Shown: piece after piece, positions 27,223-37,859 of the stretch
Layout: the number at the start of each line of letters is the position of its first letter
Position numbering within the stretch: the stretch's first letter is position 1
Assembly: GCA_050298055.1 (NCBI GenBank)
Contig: JBNKTL010000043.1
Location: forward strand, 1-44,769
Length of the DNA: 44,769 nucleotides
Direction: 5' to 3'
Origin: Spirochaetota bacterium
GTDB lineage: Bacteria > Spirochaetota > UBA4802 > UBA5550
Notes under the pieces: generated by a model
Seen by the model: only the letters and a program-made list of their open reading frames with translations
What the model was told of the DNA's origin: nothing
The model's database searches: none
Position numbers and translations under genes: made by a program

Positions 27223-28983
27223 ATGAAAAGGAAAGTCCTTATAGCGGCAGCGGCGGTGCTCTTATTGTTTCTTGTGATCAACGCCTTTGATTTTTATTAT
27301 ACCGCTCATCTTCCTCTTAAGACATATCCGAAGCCCGTGACAATTGAGTTCACCGGGGAGAACGGCCGGCCCTGGCACAGGTACTATGCCGTTAAGAGGT
27401 TCTGTCTTCCTGTCCGTCCTGAAAAGCTGAGTGATGAACTGACCGCGCGGGTGAAAAGATTTTTCAGAAAGAAAACAGGCGGCCCGAAAAACGGGCAGCG
27501 GACCGGCATGAATGGACCCGGGAACACTTTCCTTCTCTCATTTCCCCTTGCACCTCACCTTTTCGGTAAAAGCCGGGTCTCTCTCTACTTTCTCCAGAGG
27601 CTCCGGGAGTACAGGAACATGCTGCTTATGAGTCTTCTCTATTCGGAAGAGGAACTGATCAGCGGACTCCTGAACTGGAAGAGGAGCATACATAATGCCT
27701 ATGGTGCCGGTATTATCTCTGAAGCGGTCTACGGGAAAAGTTACACCATGTTGACTTCCTGTGCGGCTGACCTGGTCCTTGAATTTCTCTATGGAAAAAG
27801 TTCCGGGAATGAACATCCCTTTCACAGGGAAGAATTCATTGAAAAAACAGGAAAATATCTCCGGGAGAAAAACAGGAACCTTCCTCCCTATGGGGGAAGT
27901 TTCCGGGATTACTGTCTCTCCCTTCTCAATAAAGAGGGGATTCTCCGGAAACAGGAGAATATCAGGGTCTCTACCACAATGAACAGTGAAATACAGAAGA
28001 GACTGGAAGAGTATGGAGTTGACTATATTGAGGAGATGAAGGACCAGGACGAAAACAGGAAACGAATCCTCTCCCGGCTTCCCCCCGTAGAGGCCGCAAC
28101 TGTTGTTGTGAGAACGGGGACAGGGGCCATTGCGGGACTTACCGGCAGCATCAGGTATTCCCGTGTGAACTCCTTCAACAGGGCCGTTAACAGCAGGAGG
28201 CAGATTTCCTCCACCTTTAAACCCTTTCTCTACGCCCTGGCAGTTGAGAAGAAGGGGTATACCGGGGAGACAAAGTTTACCGACAAACCGGTGAGGATGA
28301 AAAACAGGGACGGGACAGACTGGGAGCCGGGTAACTACTATCCCTACTACCTGGGAGAAGTGGACTTTCGGGAGGGACTGGTTGTATCAATAAACACCAT
28401 CGCGGTGCAGCTTATCAGGATCCTGGGTGTGGACGCGGTGACCGAAAGAGCACGTGAAGTCTTCAGGATGAAGGGAAATAATATCGACGAGAGAATAAAA
28501 GGGGAGCCCTCTCTCTCCCTGGGGTCCGTTGACCTCACGCCCCTTGAACTGGCAAAGGGCTACCTGGTCATTTCATCACTGGGAAGGGAGATCATTCCTT
28601 CTCCCATCAGGGATGTGAGGGGAGAGGACGGAAGGATGATCCTGGACTATTCGGGGAAGATCAGGGACTTATCGGGAAGGAGGATATATTCTCAAAAGGC
28701 GATGGCGGAAATACGGGAGATACTGAAGGAGGTCATAACACGGGGGACTGCAAGCAGTTTTATCCGGGAGCCTTTCTCCTTCGATGTAGCGGGGAAAAGC
28801 GGTTCTTCTCCCAGCGATTCCTGGTTTGCCGGTTTCAACAGCGAATACCTCCTGGTTACCTGGGCGGGATATGACAGGCCCGCGCTGAGCCGAAAGGGGA
28901 AACTGCCCGAATTTGTGGTGCTTCCCTACTGGTACAACCTCATGAAAAAAATGGTCCCCGGAAGAAAGCACTTCAGGAATTAG
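27223..28983 (+). CDS. Penicillin-binding protein: transpeptidase with degenerate transglycosylase-like N-terminus
   Basis: RQISSTFKPF, SIN, GKSG, DSWFAGF. Confidence 0.85.
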   Translation: MKRKVLIAAAAVLLLFLVINAFDFYYTAHLPLKTYPKPVTIEFTGENGRPWHRYYAVKRFCLPVRPEKLSDELTARVKRFFRKKTGGPKNGQRTGMNGPGNTFLLSFPLAPHLFGKSRVSLYFLQRLREYRNMLLMSLLYSEEELISGLLNWKRSIHNAYGAGIISEAVYGKSYTMLTSCAADLVLEFLYGKSSGNEHPFHREEFIEKTGKYLREKNRNLPPYGGSFRDYCLSLLNKEGILRKQENIRVSTTMNSEIQKRLEEYGVDYIEEMKDQDENRKRILSRLPPVEAATVVVRTGTGAIAGLTGSIRYSRVNSFNRAVNSRRQISSTFKPFLYALAVEKKGYTGETKFTDKPVRMKNRDGTDWEPGNYYPYYLGEVDFREGLVVSINTIAVQLIRILGVDAVTERAREVFRMKGNNIDERIKGEPSLSLGSVDLTPLELAKGYLVISSLGREIIPSPIRDVRGEDGRMILDYSGKIRDLSGRRIYSQKAMAEIREILKEVITRGTASSFIREPFSFDVAGKSGSSPSDSWFAGFNSEYLLVTWAGYDRPALSRKGKLPEFVVLPYWYNLMKKMVPGRKHFRN

Positions 28984-29351
28984 CGCTTTTTCCTGATGTC
29001 AACGACTATGACTTTACCTCCATATTCATGGACCGAGCAGTGGGCCTTAATCATCACCCTCTTAACGCTTTCCGGGATCTTCACGTCGGTGATACTCCGC
29101 GTGAAGGGCTGCTCTTTTACATGGGGATGATAAAGGGTCCTTTTCGCGAGAAGTGCCCCGCTCATGTCGAAGATCTCAAATGCGTCCGCGTAGTGGTCCC
29201 AGCCGGTATCAGCGTGACGTATGGTCACCTTGAAGTTGAATACGGTCCCGGAACTCCGGCTGAATATCACATTTATAACATCCGCTTCACCGGCATGGAG
29301 AAAAGAGGCCGGGAGAATGAAGAGAAGAGTCAAAAACAGTTTTTTCATCAT
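28980..29351 (-). CDS. Exported conserved hypothetical protein
   Basis: AGGAGG RBS, signal peptide, HADTGWDHYAD...HPHVKEQPFTRS. Confidence 0.82.
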   Translation of the reverse strand: MMKKLFLTLLFILPASFLHAGEADVINVIFSRSSGTVFNFKVTIRHADTGWDHYADAFEIFDMSGALLAKRTLYHPHVKEQPFTRSITDVKIPESVKRVMIKAHCSVHEYGGKVIVVDIRKKR

Positions 29352-29514
29352 TTTCCTCCTGAGAGTAACATTTATAGAATCAACAGGGAAAAATCTCAAG
29401 TATAATTTCAGGATATTTCAACCGGTTTCTTAAGTGTGCATTAAATTTTAGGTAATTGTATAAACTAATCAGCAAGAGCCCCTAAATCCGAAGGACTTCT
29501 ACTCACATTTATTG

Positions 29515-29541
29515 AACCGCCAAGGCGCAAAGAGCGCGAAG
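29515..29541 (+). repeat. CGCnAAG-triplet repeat
   Basis: AACCGCCAAGGCGCAAAGAGCGCGAAG, similar to 26245-26271. Confidence 0.7.
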
Positions 29542-29628
29542 TTTTTAGAAGATAAAGAAAAAAGAGAAGGGTGCTTGACTAAATACTTCAGTGTATGATT
29601 ATCACTTGACTATTCGTATTCTATGTGA

Positions 29629-30936
29629 TTGAATAAGAATCAGATGAATACTCTTGTTACTCAGGTAGTCAATAAATTACGTTCGGAAAAGAAAATTCCC
29701 GGTATTATCGATCCCGGAAGAATTCCTGTTCCTGCTGTCAACAAGGTTGAACTGTATCTTACTCTGAATTGTAATGATTACTGCCCCCATTGTATAACAA
29801 ACTCCGGACCGGGAAATACACTGACTCTTCAACCGGATGAAGTTGAAAAAATAATTAAAAATATAAAAAAATTTTCAATACTTAATCACCTGGGATCTCT
29901 CCTGGGGCCGGGACGGTATTCATGTATCCCGGATAAAAATTTAAAGCAGCTGGAAACACTTGCAAAACCTCCGGGTCGGCTTGACAGGAGAATCAAGGAG
30001 GCTTATTCGGCTGCTTTACAGGGCAGGGAGGACATCTCATTCTGGACCACCGAGAAGGGGGAAGAAATAAAGCTGCCCTTTGGACGGCCCTCTCTAAGAT
30101 TAAGCGGCGGTGAATTTTTTCAATGGCCCCACCGGCTCAACGGGGAGATTGTGGAGACAGAAGACCGTCTGGAATATCAAAAGAAACTGTTGGATAAAAT
30201 TCGTGAAGATCTCCCTTATTATGATATCTGGATACTCACAAACGGGAAGTTTGCCGGGAACCAGTCTATCACAGATAAAACCCTGGAGAAGTGGACAAAC
30301 AGCGGGAAAGACGCGCAGAGGGACGGTAAAACCAGGATTTGTATATCCCTGGATATGTTCCACACTCCTCCCCCAAACAGTACTGTTGAGGATATGCTTT
30401 ACCGCATCTGGACTTCCTGCAAAAGAAAAGGGGCTTGCTCACCTTTTCTCTATGGTGTCCCGAACAATAGAATCTCCCTTTTGGGGAGGGCCTTTAAAAA
30501 CTTTGGAACAGGCATGCAAAGGGAAAAGATGATAAACCGTTCCGGTTCTCTGATCAATCCGGTCAAAGACCTGGTTATTGATCCCGTTGATCTTATCTCC
30601 TCTGACGGATGCAATGAAGTGAAGGGTTTCCTGGTCCAACAGGGCCACAAAAGTATTATCGCCAACAATATTGTGGTGTCCCCTGAAGGTAACCTGGTTT
30701 TTTGTTGTGCCTGTCTCGGTAATTACGGAGACTTCGTTTCCGAACCGGAAAAGTGTTTAAAAAACCTGGTTGTAAACCCGGTTTCATTAATGCTTCGAAA
30801 AGCTGATACGGCAACAGAGCTTCTTAATACGGCGGTGAAGCTTGACCCGTCAATTAAAATATTCGGGAAAGGCATTCACCCCGCGGTAACCGGTTCCACG
30901 TGTTATCAAATGATCTCAGGAGAGAGGATTGATTAA
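29629..30936 (+). CDS. Radical SAM protein
   Basis: CNDYCPHC, LSGGE, LTNG, ISLD.FH. Confidence 0.85.
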   Translation: MNKNQMNTLVTQVVNKLRSEKKIPGIIDPGRIPVPAVNKVELYLTLNCNDYCPHCITNSGPGNTLTLQPDEVEKIIKNIKKFSILNHLGSLLGPGRYSCIPDKNLKQLETLAKPPGRLDRRIKEAYSAALQGREDISFWTTEKGEEIKLPFGRPSLRLSGGEFFQWPHRLNGEIVETEDRLEYQKKLLDKIREDLPYYDIWILTNGKFAGNQSITDKTLEKWTNSGKDAQRDGKTRICISLDMFHTPPPNSTVEDMLYRIWTSCKRKGACSPFLYGVPNNRISLLGRAFKNFGTGMQREKMINRSGSLINPVKDLVIDPVDLISSDGCNEVKGFLVQQGHKSIIANNIVVSPEGNLVFCCACLGNYGDFVSEPEKCLKNLVVNPVSLMLRKADTATELLNTAVKLDPSIKIFGKGIHPAVTGSTCYQMISGERID

Positions 30937-31077
30937 TGCTTTGGAAAACCTCTTGAGATAGTTCCGCTCAACAGGTCCGGCTCATGATAATGCCTGATGA
31001 GCGGAAAATTACTTAAATCATTGAACAATTGATCTCACAGTTTTTTTATCCTGTCTGAACTGTCAGATCAACACATC

Positions 31078-32997
31078 TTATACCTTAAAAAAGTTTATAA
31101 CATTTTTAAGTTCCATTGCCCCGCTTGACAGCATTTCAGACGTTGACGCGAGTTCTTCCGCTGATGCGGCTGTTTGCTGGGTGACCTGGTTGAGCTGATC
31201 CATTCCTCTATTGATCTGTTCGACTCCTGATTTCTGCTGTGTTGAAGAGACACTGATTTCCTGCACAAGATTGGCGGTTTCCTGAATGCTCGGTACGATC
31301 TCACTGAGCAGGGTGCCCGCTTTATCGGCAAGCTTTACGCTGTTCTGTGTCAGTTCGCCGATCTCCTGGGAAGCGATCTGGCTTCTTTCCGCAAGCTTTC
31401 TCACTTCATTGGCAACAACAGCAAATCCTTTTCCGCTTTCCCCCGCACGCGCCGCCTCTATGGCCGCGTTGAGTGCCAGAAGGTTTGTCTGGTAAGCAAT
31501 ATCATCGATGATATTGATCCTCTCTGCAATATCTGTCATGGCCTTTACCGTCTGCTTGACAGATTCACCTCCTTCCATTGCGCTCTTGGCAGTTTTTTCC
31601 GCGATCTTGTCGGTTTGAAGGGCGTTTTCGGTATTCTGGACAATACTTGCCCCCATCTCTTCAATTGATGAGGCTATCTCTTCCACATTTGACGCGTGTT
31701 CGGTGGCACTTTGACTGGCATTTTCAGCTGTGGCACTCATCTCATTTGCAGACGTGGATATATTTTCCGCGTTTTCCATGACAACATTGACCACCTCGTT
31801 TAATTTCTTAATGGTATTGTTCACCGCGTTTGAAAGTCTGCCGATTGAATCGGTCTTTTCCAGGTATTCTTCTTTAACCGAAGTTGTCAGATCGCCTTTT
31901 TCAACATCAACCATATTGTTGGCCAGGTCAACAAAGGCGCTGTTATCTGTGATGACCTCGAAACCGCCGGTTACATTCCCCATGACATCCTGAAGATAGC
32001 CGCAGCTTGCCCTCACGGGAATTTTCTTCCCGGTTCTGCTCTTTGCCGTTGTCTCGGCAACAATGGTTTCCTTTTTCTCCATGGCATTTTTGATCGTACA
32101 GTCTGCGGTATTGCATACCGGGGTTTTGCAGAGGTCCGCGCAGGTCATTTTCCCCACAACCTCTTCGCGTTTGTACCCCAGGGCATTAAGCGCGGAATTA
32201 TTGATATTTTGAATAACAAGGTTCTTGTCGGTCCTGAAGGCGGCATCTGCCATATTTGAGAGAAATCCCTCATCAAGGACATCAACGGTATTAATGATTT
32301 CAAAACCGCCGGTAACATTTCCCCCGGCATCCTGAAGATATCCGCAGCTTGCACGCACGGGCAGGATCTTGCCGTCCCTGGTCTTGGCTACAGTGGTCGC
32401 GACAACAGTCTCCTTCTTCTCCATGGCTTTTTTAATAGTACAATTCGCCGTCTTACATACCGGGGTTTTGCAGATGTCCGCGCAGGTCATTTTGCCGATA
32501 ACCTCTTCGCGCGTATAACCCAGGGCATTTAGCGCGGCATCATTGATATTCTGAATGACCAGGTCCTTGTTGGTCCTGAATGAGGCATCGGCCATATTCA
32601 GTAAAAAACCCTCATCAAGATTATCAAGCTTGCTGATGATTTCAAAACCTCCGACGGGAGTCCCCTTTTCATTAAGAATGGCATTGCATGCGGCCAGTAC
32701 CGGTATTTTTGTTCTGTTCCTGGTCTCGGCAACGACCTGCCCGGTTATTGCCTGTTTCTGTTCAATGCAATTTTTTATTGTACAACTGCCGGTGTTACAC
32801 AATTCGGTTTTACATACATCGGCACAGGTCATCTTGCCTATGACCTCGGTTTTCGAATATCCCATGGTGTCAAAAAAGGCATCATTTGCATATTGGATCA
32901 CCAGGTCCGTATCACAGAGAAAGACCGGGTCCGGTATTCTCTGAAGGAAGTAGATACTGTTACGGATGATTTTGTCGATACTATTTTTATTAAACAT
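31078..32997 (-). CDS. Soluble methyl-accepting chemotaxis protein with three Cys-rich PAS domains
   Basis: [32 protein letters not shown]; 114-aa (342-bp) PAS repeats; no TM. Confidence 0.93.
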   Translation of the reverse strand: MFNKNSIDKIIRNSIYFLQRIPDPVFLCDTDLVIQYANDAFFDTMGYSKTEVIGKMTCADVCKTELCNTGSCTIKNCIEQKQAITGQVVAETRNRTKIPVLAACNAILNEKGTPVGGFEIISKLDNLDEGFLLNMADASFRTNKDLVIQNINDAALNALGYTREEVIGKMTCADICKTPVCKTANCTIKKAMEKKETVVATTVAKTRDGKILPVRASCGYLQDAGGNVTGGFEIINTVDVLDEGFLSNMADAAFRTDKNLVIQNINNSALNALGYKREEVVGKMTCADLCKTPVCNTADCTIKNAMEKKETIVAETTAKSRTGKKIPVRASCGYLQDVMGNVTGGFEVITDNSAFVDLANNMVDVEKGDLTTSVKEEYLEKTDSIGRLSNAVNNTIKKLNEVVNVVMENAENISTSANEMSATAENASQSATEHASNVEEIASSIEEMGASIVQNTENALQTDKIAEKTAKSAMEGGESVKQTVKAMTDIAERINIIDDIAYQTNLLALNAAIEAARAGESGKGFAVVANEVRKLAERSQIASQEIGELTQNSVKLADKAGTLLSEIVPSIQETANLVQEISVSSTQQKSGVEQINRGMDQLNQVTQQTAASAEELASTSEMLSSGAMELKNVINFFKV

Positions 32998-33274
32998 ACA
33001 TCACTCCTTTTAAATCTTCATTAAATATTATCAGAGAATATCATTACTAACACTTATAATTTATACGGATTTTTCAACTTAAGTCAACAAGTTTAACATC
33101 TTTTTTAAACAGCGGGGAAAATATTTTTTGTGGTCATAATAATGACAGGGGTAACATGTTGCAGCAATGGAAGGACATTTCTGCACCTTCGTGAAAATAA
33201 GGAACTGCTTGACATCATATCCGGAACAGGAAATGAGTAATTTATCAGGTGATTGATTTTTCAGAGAGAGGGCA

Positions 33275-33802
33275 ATGATGAAGATGAACAGGAAAGAGCT
33301 TGTAAAAAAGGCCGTGGAATTTCACGGGCACCTCTGCCCCGGAGTAGCCCTTGGTGTGGTGGTGGCGGGATATGTCCTTGACCATGAGAGTGACTTTTCA
33401 GTAGATGAGGAACTTGTGGCCGTCGTTGAAAATGATAACTGCAGCGTTGATGCCCTCCAGGCCCTCCTGGGGACCACCTTCGGGAAGGGGAACCTGGTGT
33501 TCAGGGATTACGGCAAGAACAACTACACCGTTTATAACAGGGAGAAGGGGAAGGCATTTTCTTTCAGGGCAAAAGCGAAGGATCTCGGTGACAGGAAGAT
33601 GACCCGGGAGGAGAGGATTGAATCCATCATGGCATCAAAGGCGGAAGACCTCTTCGCCATCACACAGGTTGAACCTGATCCCCCCGCTTATGCGGAGATC
33701 CGTAAATCGATCATATGCGACAAATGCGGCGATCCGGTGATGAGTACCCGGATAAAAAGGGTAGACGAAAAAAACCTCTGTATCCCCTGCGCGGGGATAT
33801 AG
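33275..33802 (+). CDS. FmdE family protein with C-terminal zinc finger
   Basis: FHGHLCPG, ENDNCSVDALQ, CDKCG...CIPC. Confidence 0.9.
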   Translation: MMKMNRKELVKKAVEFHGHLCPGVALGVVVAGYVLDHESDFSVDEELVAVVENDNCSVDALQALLGTTFGKGNLVFRDYGKNNYTVYNREKGKAFSFRAKAKDLGDRKMTREERIESIMASKAEDLFAITQVEPDPPAYAEIRKSIICDKCGDPVMSTRIKRVDEKNLCIPCAGI

Positions 33803-33822
33803 CTCAGAAAGGTTGAAACCCA

Positions 33823-34269
33823 GTGAAACCGGGAAGAAAACTCTCCTCACTCCTTGTACTGACAGTTTTTCTCGCTGTCCCCCGTACTCTCATTTCCCGT
33901 TCCGAAGGTTTTACTGATTTCAAACAGTGTTCCGCCCAGTGCGGCGGATTTACCGGGAGTATGAAGATAAAGTGCATTGAGACCTGTTCCCGGATGAGCA
34001 GAAGGGAGAAGAAGAGGGAGTCTCCCAATGATAATTTCAGTAAGTGCGATGAAGTCTGTAAGAGCTTTAAAGGGATAGATAATATCAGGTGTATCAGGAT
34101 CTGCCTGGAAAAGATTAAAGAGAGGGAAAATAAGAGCAGGGGGGGGAGTGTGAAACCTGACGATCCGTGCAGCGGCAGGTGTTCCGTTTTCAACGAGCCC
34201 ATGAAATCGCAGTGCTTCCGGAAGTGCAGGGGAGAGACCAGGCCCTTCAAAAAGAGGAGTGTCTGGTAG
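33823..34269 (+). CDS. Secreted Cys-rich protein with 3x CX3C-X10-CX3C
   Basis: Hydrophobic N-terminus; 12 Cys in a regular pattern. Confidence 0.7.
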   Translation: MKPGRKLSSLLVLTVFLAVPRTLISRSEGFTDFKQCSAQCGGFTGSMKIKCIETCSRMSRREKKRESPNDNFSKCDEVCKSFKGIDNIRCIRICLEKIKERENKSRGGSVKPDDPCSGRCSVFNEPMKSQCFRKCRGETRPFKKRSVW

Positions 34270-34337
34270 GTAAATATCTTGAACTATCTTTCCCCGGAAA
34301 ATATAATGACACGATACTCTCAGGACAGGATCTGTTC

Positions 34338-35666
34338 ATGACAAACATTACGCCCGGACTTATGGTAAAAATCATCTATGCCCTTGGAATAGGGATCCTT
34401 ATCGGTCTCGAACGATCGATAGAACAGCCTTCCGAAACCGGCGGATGCTCCGTGCCCGGTAAAAAACGGGAAAAGGGGCCGGCTCCCGGGAACGGTGCCG
34501 ACGAGTTTAAGGAACTCATCGGGGTAAGGACCTATACCATACTTTCCCTGGTGGGATTCGCGGCGGCGCTTCTGGGGAAAGACTATCCCCGGGCAACAGC
34601 GGTACTTCTGGGCGGGGTCCTTGTGCTGATACTGCTCATGTACTGGCTTCACCGGGAGGCCGATTACGGGATTACAACAGAAGCTGCCGCCATGGGAACC
34701 TGCGGGCTGGGGGCCCTCTGCTATACAAATCCCCAGGCAAGCGGCGTTATCGCCCTTCTGGTGACCATAATCCTGGCATCCAAGAGGTTTACCCGGAAAA
34801 CCGTGGGCCGGATACGCCGTGTGGAGCTCACCGATACCCTGAAATTCCTGGTTATTATCTTTATCCTCCTCCCCATACTGCCGGACCGAACGCTGGATAT
34901 TTACGGCGCATTTAATCCCTACAGGGTGACATTCCTGATCATACTGATCTCGGGGATAAGCTTTGTGGGGTATTTCCTCACAAAATTCCTGGGAGCGGAG
35001 AAGGGGCTTGGGCTCACCGGTTTTCTGGGGGGACTTACATCATCAACTGCCGTTACCGCGGCCATGTCAAACCAGGTGAAGGCCGCGCCGGGACTTACGG
35101 GGGCGTGCGCCTTTGCCACGGTCCTTGCCAATGCCACTATGTTCGGCAGGGTCCTGGTGGTTGTTGCCATTCTTGACAGGGTGCTTGCTTTACGGCTGGC
35201 ATGGTCTATTGGGACGATGACCCTGGTTGCGTGTATCAGTGTATTTATACTCTGGACCCTCTCCCGGAAAAAGAAGAGCCGGGAAAAGCAGACTTCGGAA
35301 GACCTGGCGCTCTCCAATCCCTTCTCCCTGGGGCCCGCAATAAAATTTGCCCTCTTTTTTGTGCTGATAATCTTTGCAGCAAAGATCGCTAAGCTCTACC
35401 TGGGAAACAGCGGGCTCTATCTCGCTTCCCTGGTGAGCGGACTGGCCGATGTGGATGCCATTACCCTCTCTCTTGCAGGGGAAACCCGGAAGATGCAGCT
35501 CGACTACTCAACTGCGGCAATTGGGATCACCATTGCCGTTGTCTCCAACAGTATCGTAAAGTCGAGTATCGCACTCTATTCGGGAGGGGTCCGTTTTGGC
35601 ATTCTCGTGGGATCCATTCTCCTTGTCTCCACAGGGGCGGGACTTCTCGTGCTTCTTCTCATGTGA
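34338..35666 (+). CDS. MgtC/SapB-DUF4010 membrane protein
   Basis: GILIGLER, GVRTY, GITTE, GGLTSSTAVT, SGLADVDAIT. Confidence 0.9.
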   Translation: MTNITPGLMVKIIYALGIGILIGLERSIEQPSETGGCSVPGKKREKGPAPGNGADEFKELIGVRTYTILSLVGFAAALLGKDYPRATAVLLGGVLVLILLMYWLHREADYGITTEAAAMGTCGLGALCYTNPQASGVIALLVTIILASKRFTRKTVGRIRRVELTDTLKFLVIIFILLPILPDRTLDIYGAFNPYRVTFLIILISGISFVGYFLTKFLGAEKGLGLTGFLGGLTSSTAVTAAMSNQVKAAPGLTGACAFATVLANATMFGRVLVVVAILDRVLALRLAWSIGTMTLVACISVFILWTLSRKKKSREKQTSEDLALSNPFSLGPAIKFALFFVLIIFAAKIAKLYLGNSGLYLASLVSGLADVDAITLSLAGETRKMQLDYSTAAIGITIAVVSNSIVKSSIALYSGGVRFGILVGSILLVSTGAGLLVLLLM

Positions 35667-35870
35667 TTGTATTTCTCCCCTTATCCCCTTTTTACACATT
35701 TTTATAATGCCTCTATGCTGACAAATAAACTCTGTGAGCTCTGTGTAAAACTTAAGGAAGTTAAGAATTTACTAAAAAAATAAATATGCTTGCCGTTTTT
35801 AGAAATATTTATTAGATTAAGGATATGTCACTCTTTGATCAGCCAAACTACCTTCATGTCGGAGCATTTC

Positions 35871-37334
35871 ATGAGTAAAAATAAAAACATCGTGATAAGC
35901 GGTTCAATCATAACCGCCATAATAGTGATAATCGTCTTACTGGCAATTTTCCCGGTTAAGGATGTCCGGGGGCATAACCCGTGGAGAAAGATCAACAGGA
36001 TGAGGAGCCACCTGGACCACTCGCCGTTTTTTAAAGGAAAAAAGTTTAAAGAAGGGAGAGAGGTCACAAAGGCATGCCTGGAATGTCATGCTGATGCGGC
36101 CAAAGAGGTTATGAAGACCGTTCATTTCACCTTCCTGAGCGACCCCGTAGAGATACCCGGTAAAAAAGGGAAGTTCAGGATAGGCAAGAAAAACCTCATC
36201 AACAACTTCTGCATCGGGGTACAGGGAAACTGGTCGTCATGCACAAAGTGCCACGCGGGATACGGGTGGAAAGACGCTTCATACGACTTCACAAAAGAGG
36301 AGAATGTGGACTGTCTCGTCTGCCATGACGGGTCAGGAACATACAGGAAGGACAAGGCCGGGGTCCCGGCCAAAGGTGTCGACCTCACGACCGTTGCCCA
36401 AAAGGTGGGATATCCGAAAAGGGAGAACTGCAGCATCTGCCACATGAACGGCGGAGGGGGAATGGGGGTCAAGCATGGTGATCTTGATATCTCACTGATC
36501 AATGCGTCCCCCAATGTTGATGTCCATATGGGAAAGCACAATATGCTCTGTATAGACTGCCACAGGACCAAAAACCACAGGATCGCGGGGACCGCCTACT
36601 CTGTGAGCGTGGACCACAGGAACGGGTTCGGATGCATGGATTGCCATAAAGGGCATGTCCATTCCAACGGGGAGATAACGCCCCATGAGAAGACCCTCGC
36701 CTGTGAAACCTGCCACATCCCGAAGATCGCAAAAAGGGCCCCTACCAAGACACACTGGGACTGGTCAAAGGCGGGAAATCCCAACAGGAAAGACGACGCG
36801 CACAAATACCTCAGGATAAAGGGTGAATTTATCTATAACCAGAACATTACCCCTGAATACCGCTGGTTCAATATGAAGATGAGGAGATACCTCATGGGCG
36901 ATAAAATCGACCCGGGCAGGGTGACCGATATCAATTTACCGGTGGGAAATATCAGCGACAGGAAATCAAGAATCTATCCTTTCAAGATCCACAGGGCCAT
37001 ACAGCCCTACGATACCGGTTACAAATACCTCCTGAATCCCGTTACATCGGGGGAGGGGGGATTCTGGCACGAATTCAACTGGGACAAGGCCTTCAGGCTG
37101 GGGGAAAAAGTCACCGGCCTGAAGTACAGCGGCAGATACGGATTCACCCGGACGGATATGTACTGGCCCATCGAACATATGGTGACCCCGCGGTCACAGG
37201 CGTTGACCTGCGAGAACTGCCATGAGGAGGGGACCCGGATTGACTGGAAGGCCCTGGGTTATCCGGGAGACCCCATGGAAGAGGGGGGCCGGGCCGAAAT
37301 TGCAGAAAAGAAAGGAGAGAAAAAGGATGAGTAA
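35871..37334 (+). CDS. Octaheme c-type cytochrome, tetrathionate reductase (OTR) family
   Basis: Eight CxxCH motifs; GKKNLINNFC, DVHM, WDWSKAG. Confidence 0.9.
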   Translation: MSKNKNIVISGSIITAIIVIIVLLAIFPVKDVRGHNPWRKINRMRSHLDHSPFFKGKKFKEGREVTKACLECHADAAKEVMKTVHFTFLSDPVEIPGKKGKFRIGKKNLINNFCIGVQGNWSSCTKCHAGYGWKDASYDFTKEENVDCLVCHDGSGTYRKDKAGVPAKGVDLTTVAQKVGYPKRENCSICHMNGGGGMGVKHGDLDISLINASPNVDVHMGKHNMLCIDCHRTKNHRIAGTAYSVSVDHRNGFGCMDCHKGHVHSNGEITPHEKTLACETCHIPKIAKRAPTKTHWDWSKAGNPNRKDDAHKYLRIKGEFIYNQNITPEYRWFNMKMRRYLMGDKIDPGRVTDINLPVGNISDRKSRIYPFKIHRAIQPYDTGYKYLLNPVTSGEGGFWHEFNWDKAFRLGEKVTGLKYSGRYGFTRTDMYWPIEHMVTPRSQALTCENCHEEGTRIDWKALGYPGDPMEEGGRAEIAEKKGEKKDE

Positions 37335-37845
37335 TGAATCGAAAGGATATATCAATCCCTATCTTGGCGGGGCGCTGCTGGGGCTTGTGCTCTTCGCGGC
37401 ATTTTTCTTCACGGGATCGGGACTCGGGGCATCGGGGGCCGTTTCACGGATACAGACCGCCCTGGTGGACCTTTTCGCCAGCGAACACGTTGACAGGGTA
37501 GGATATTTCGCGAAGCTCGCGGGAGGGGACAAAAACCCCCTTGACTCCACCACGGTCCTTCTCCTGGCGGGGACCTTCCTGGGGGGGCTTATCTCCGGGG
37601 CCTTTAACAAAAGGCTCAAGGTTGAGATCAGGAAGGGACCGGGGATCACAAACAGGACCCGGCTGATACTGGCATTTGCCGGGGGGAGCATAATGGGCTT
37701 TGGCGCGCGGCTTTCCAGGGGATGTACCTCGGGACAGGCCCTTTCCGGCGGAGCGGTCCTCTCGGTGGGAAGCTGGGCGTTTATGTTCTCTGTCTTTATC
37801 GGGGGATATTTAATGGCCTGGTTTATGAAAAAGGCCTGGAACTAG
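37327..37845 (+). CDS. YeeE/YedE family sulfur-compound transporter
   Basis: GFGARLSRGCTSG. Confidence 0.9.
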   Translation: MSNESKGYINPYLGGALLGLVLFAAFFFTGSGLGASGAVSRIQTALVDLFASEHVDRVGYFAKLAGGDKNPLDSTTVLLLAGTFLGGLISGAFNKRLKVEIRKGPGITNRTRLILAFAGGSIMGFGARLSRGCTSGQALSGGAVLSVGSWAFMFSVFIGGYLMAWFMKKAWN

Positions 37846-37859
37846 GGAAGGAGAGAGCA

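Noticed and set aside
29461..29473. TAAACTAATCAGC as another IS66-like end (also GAGTAGTTG near 40806)
   Set aside because: No partner end, hairpin or target duplication found
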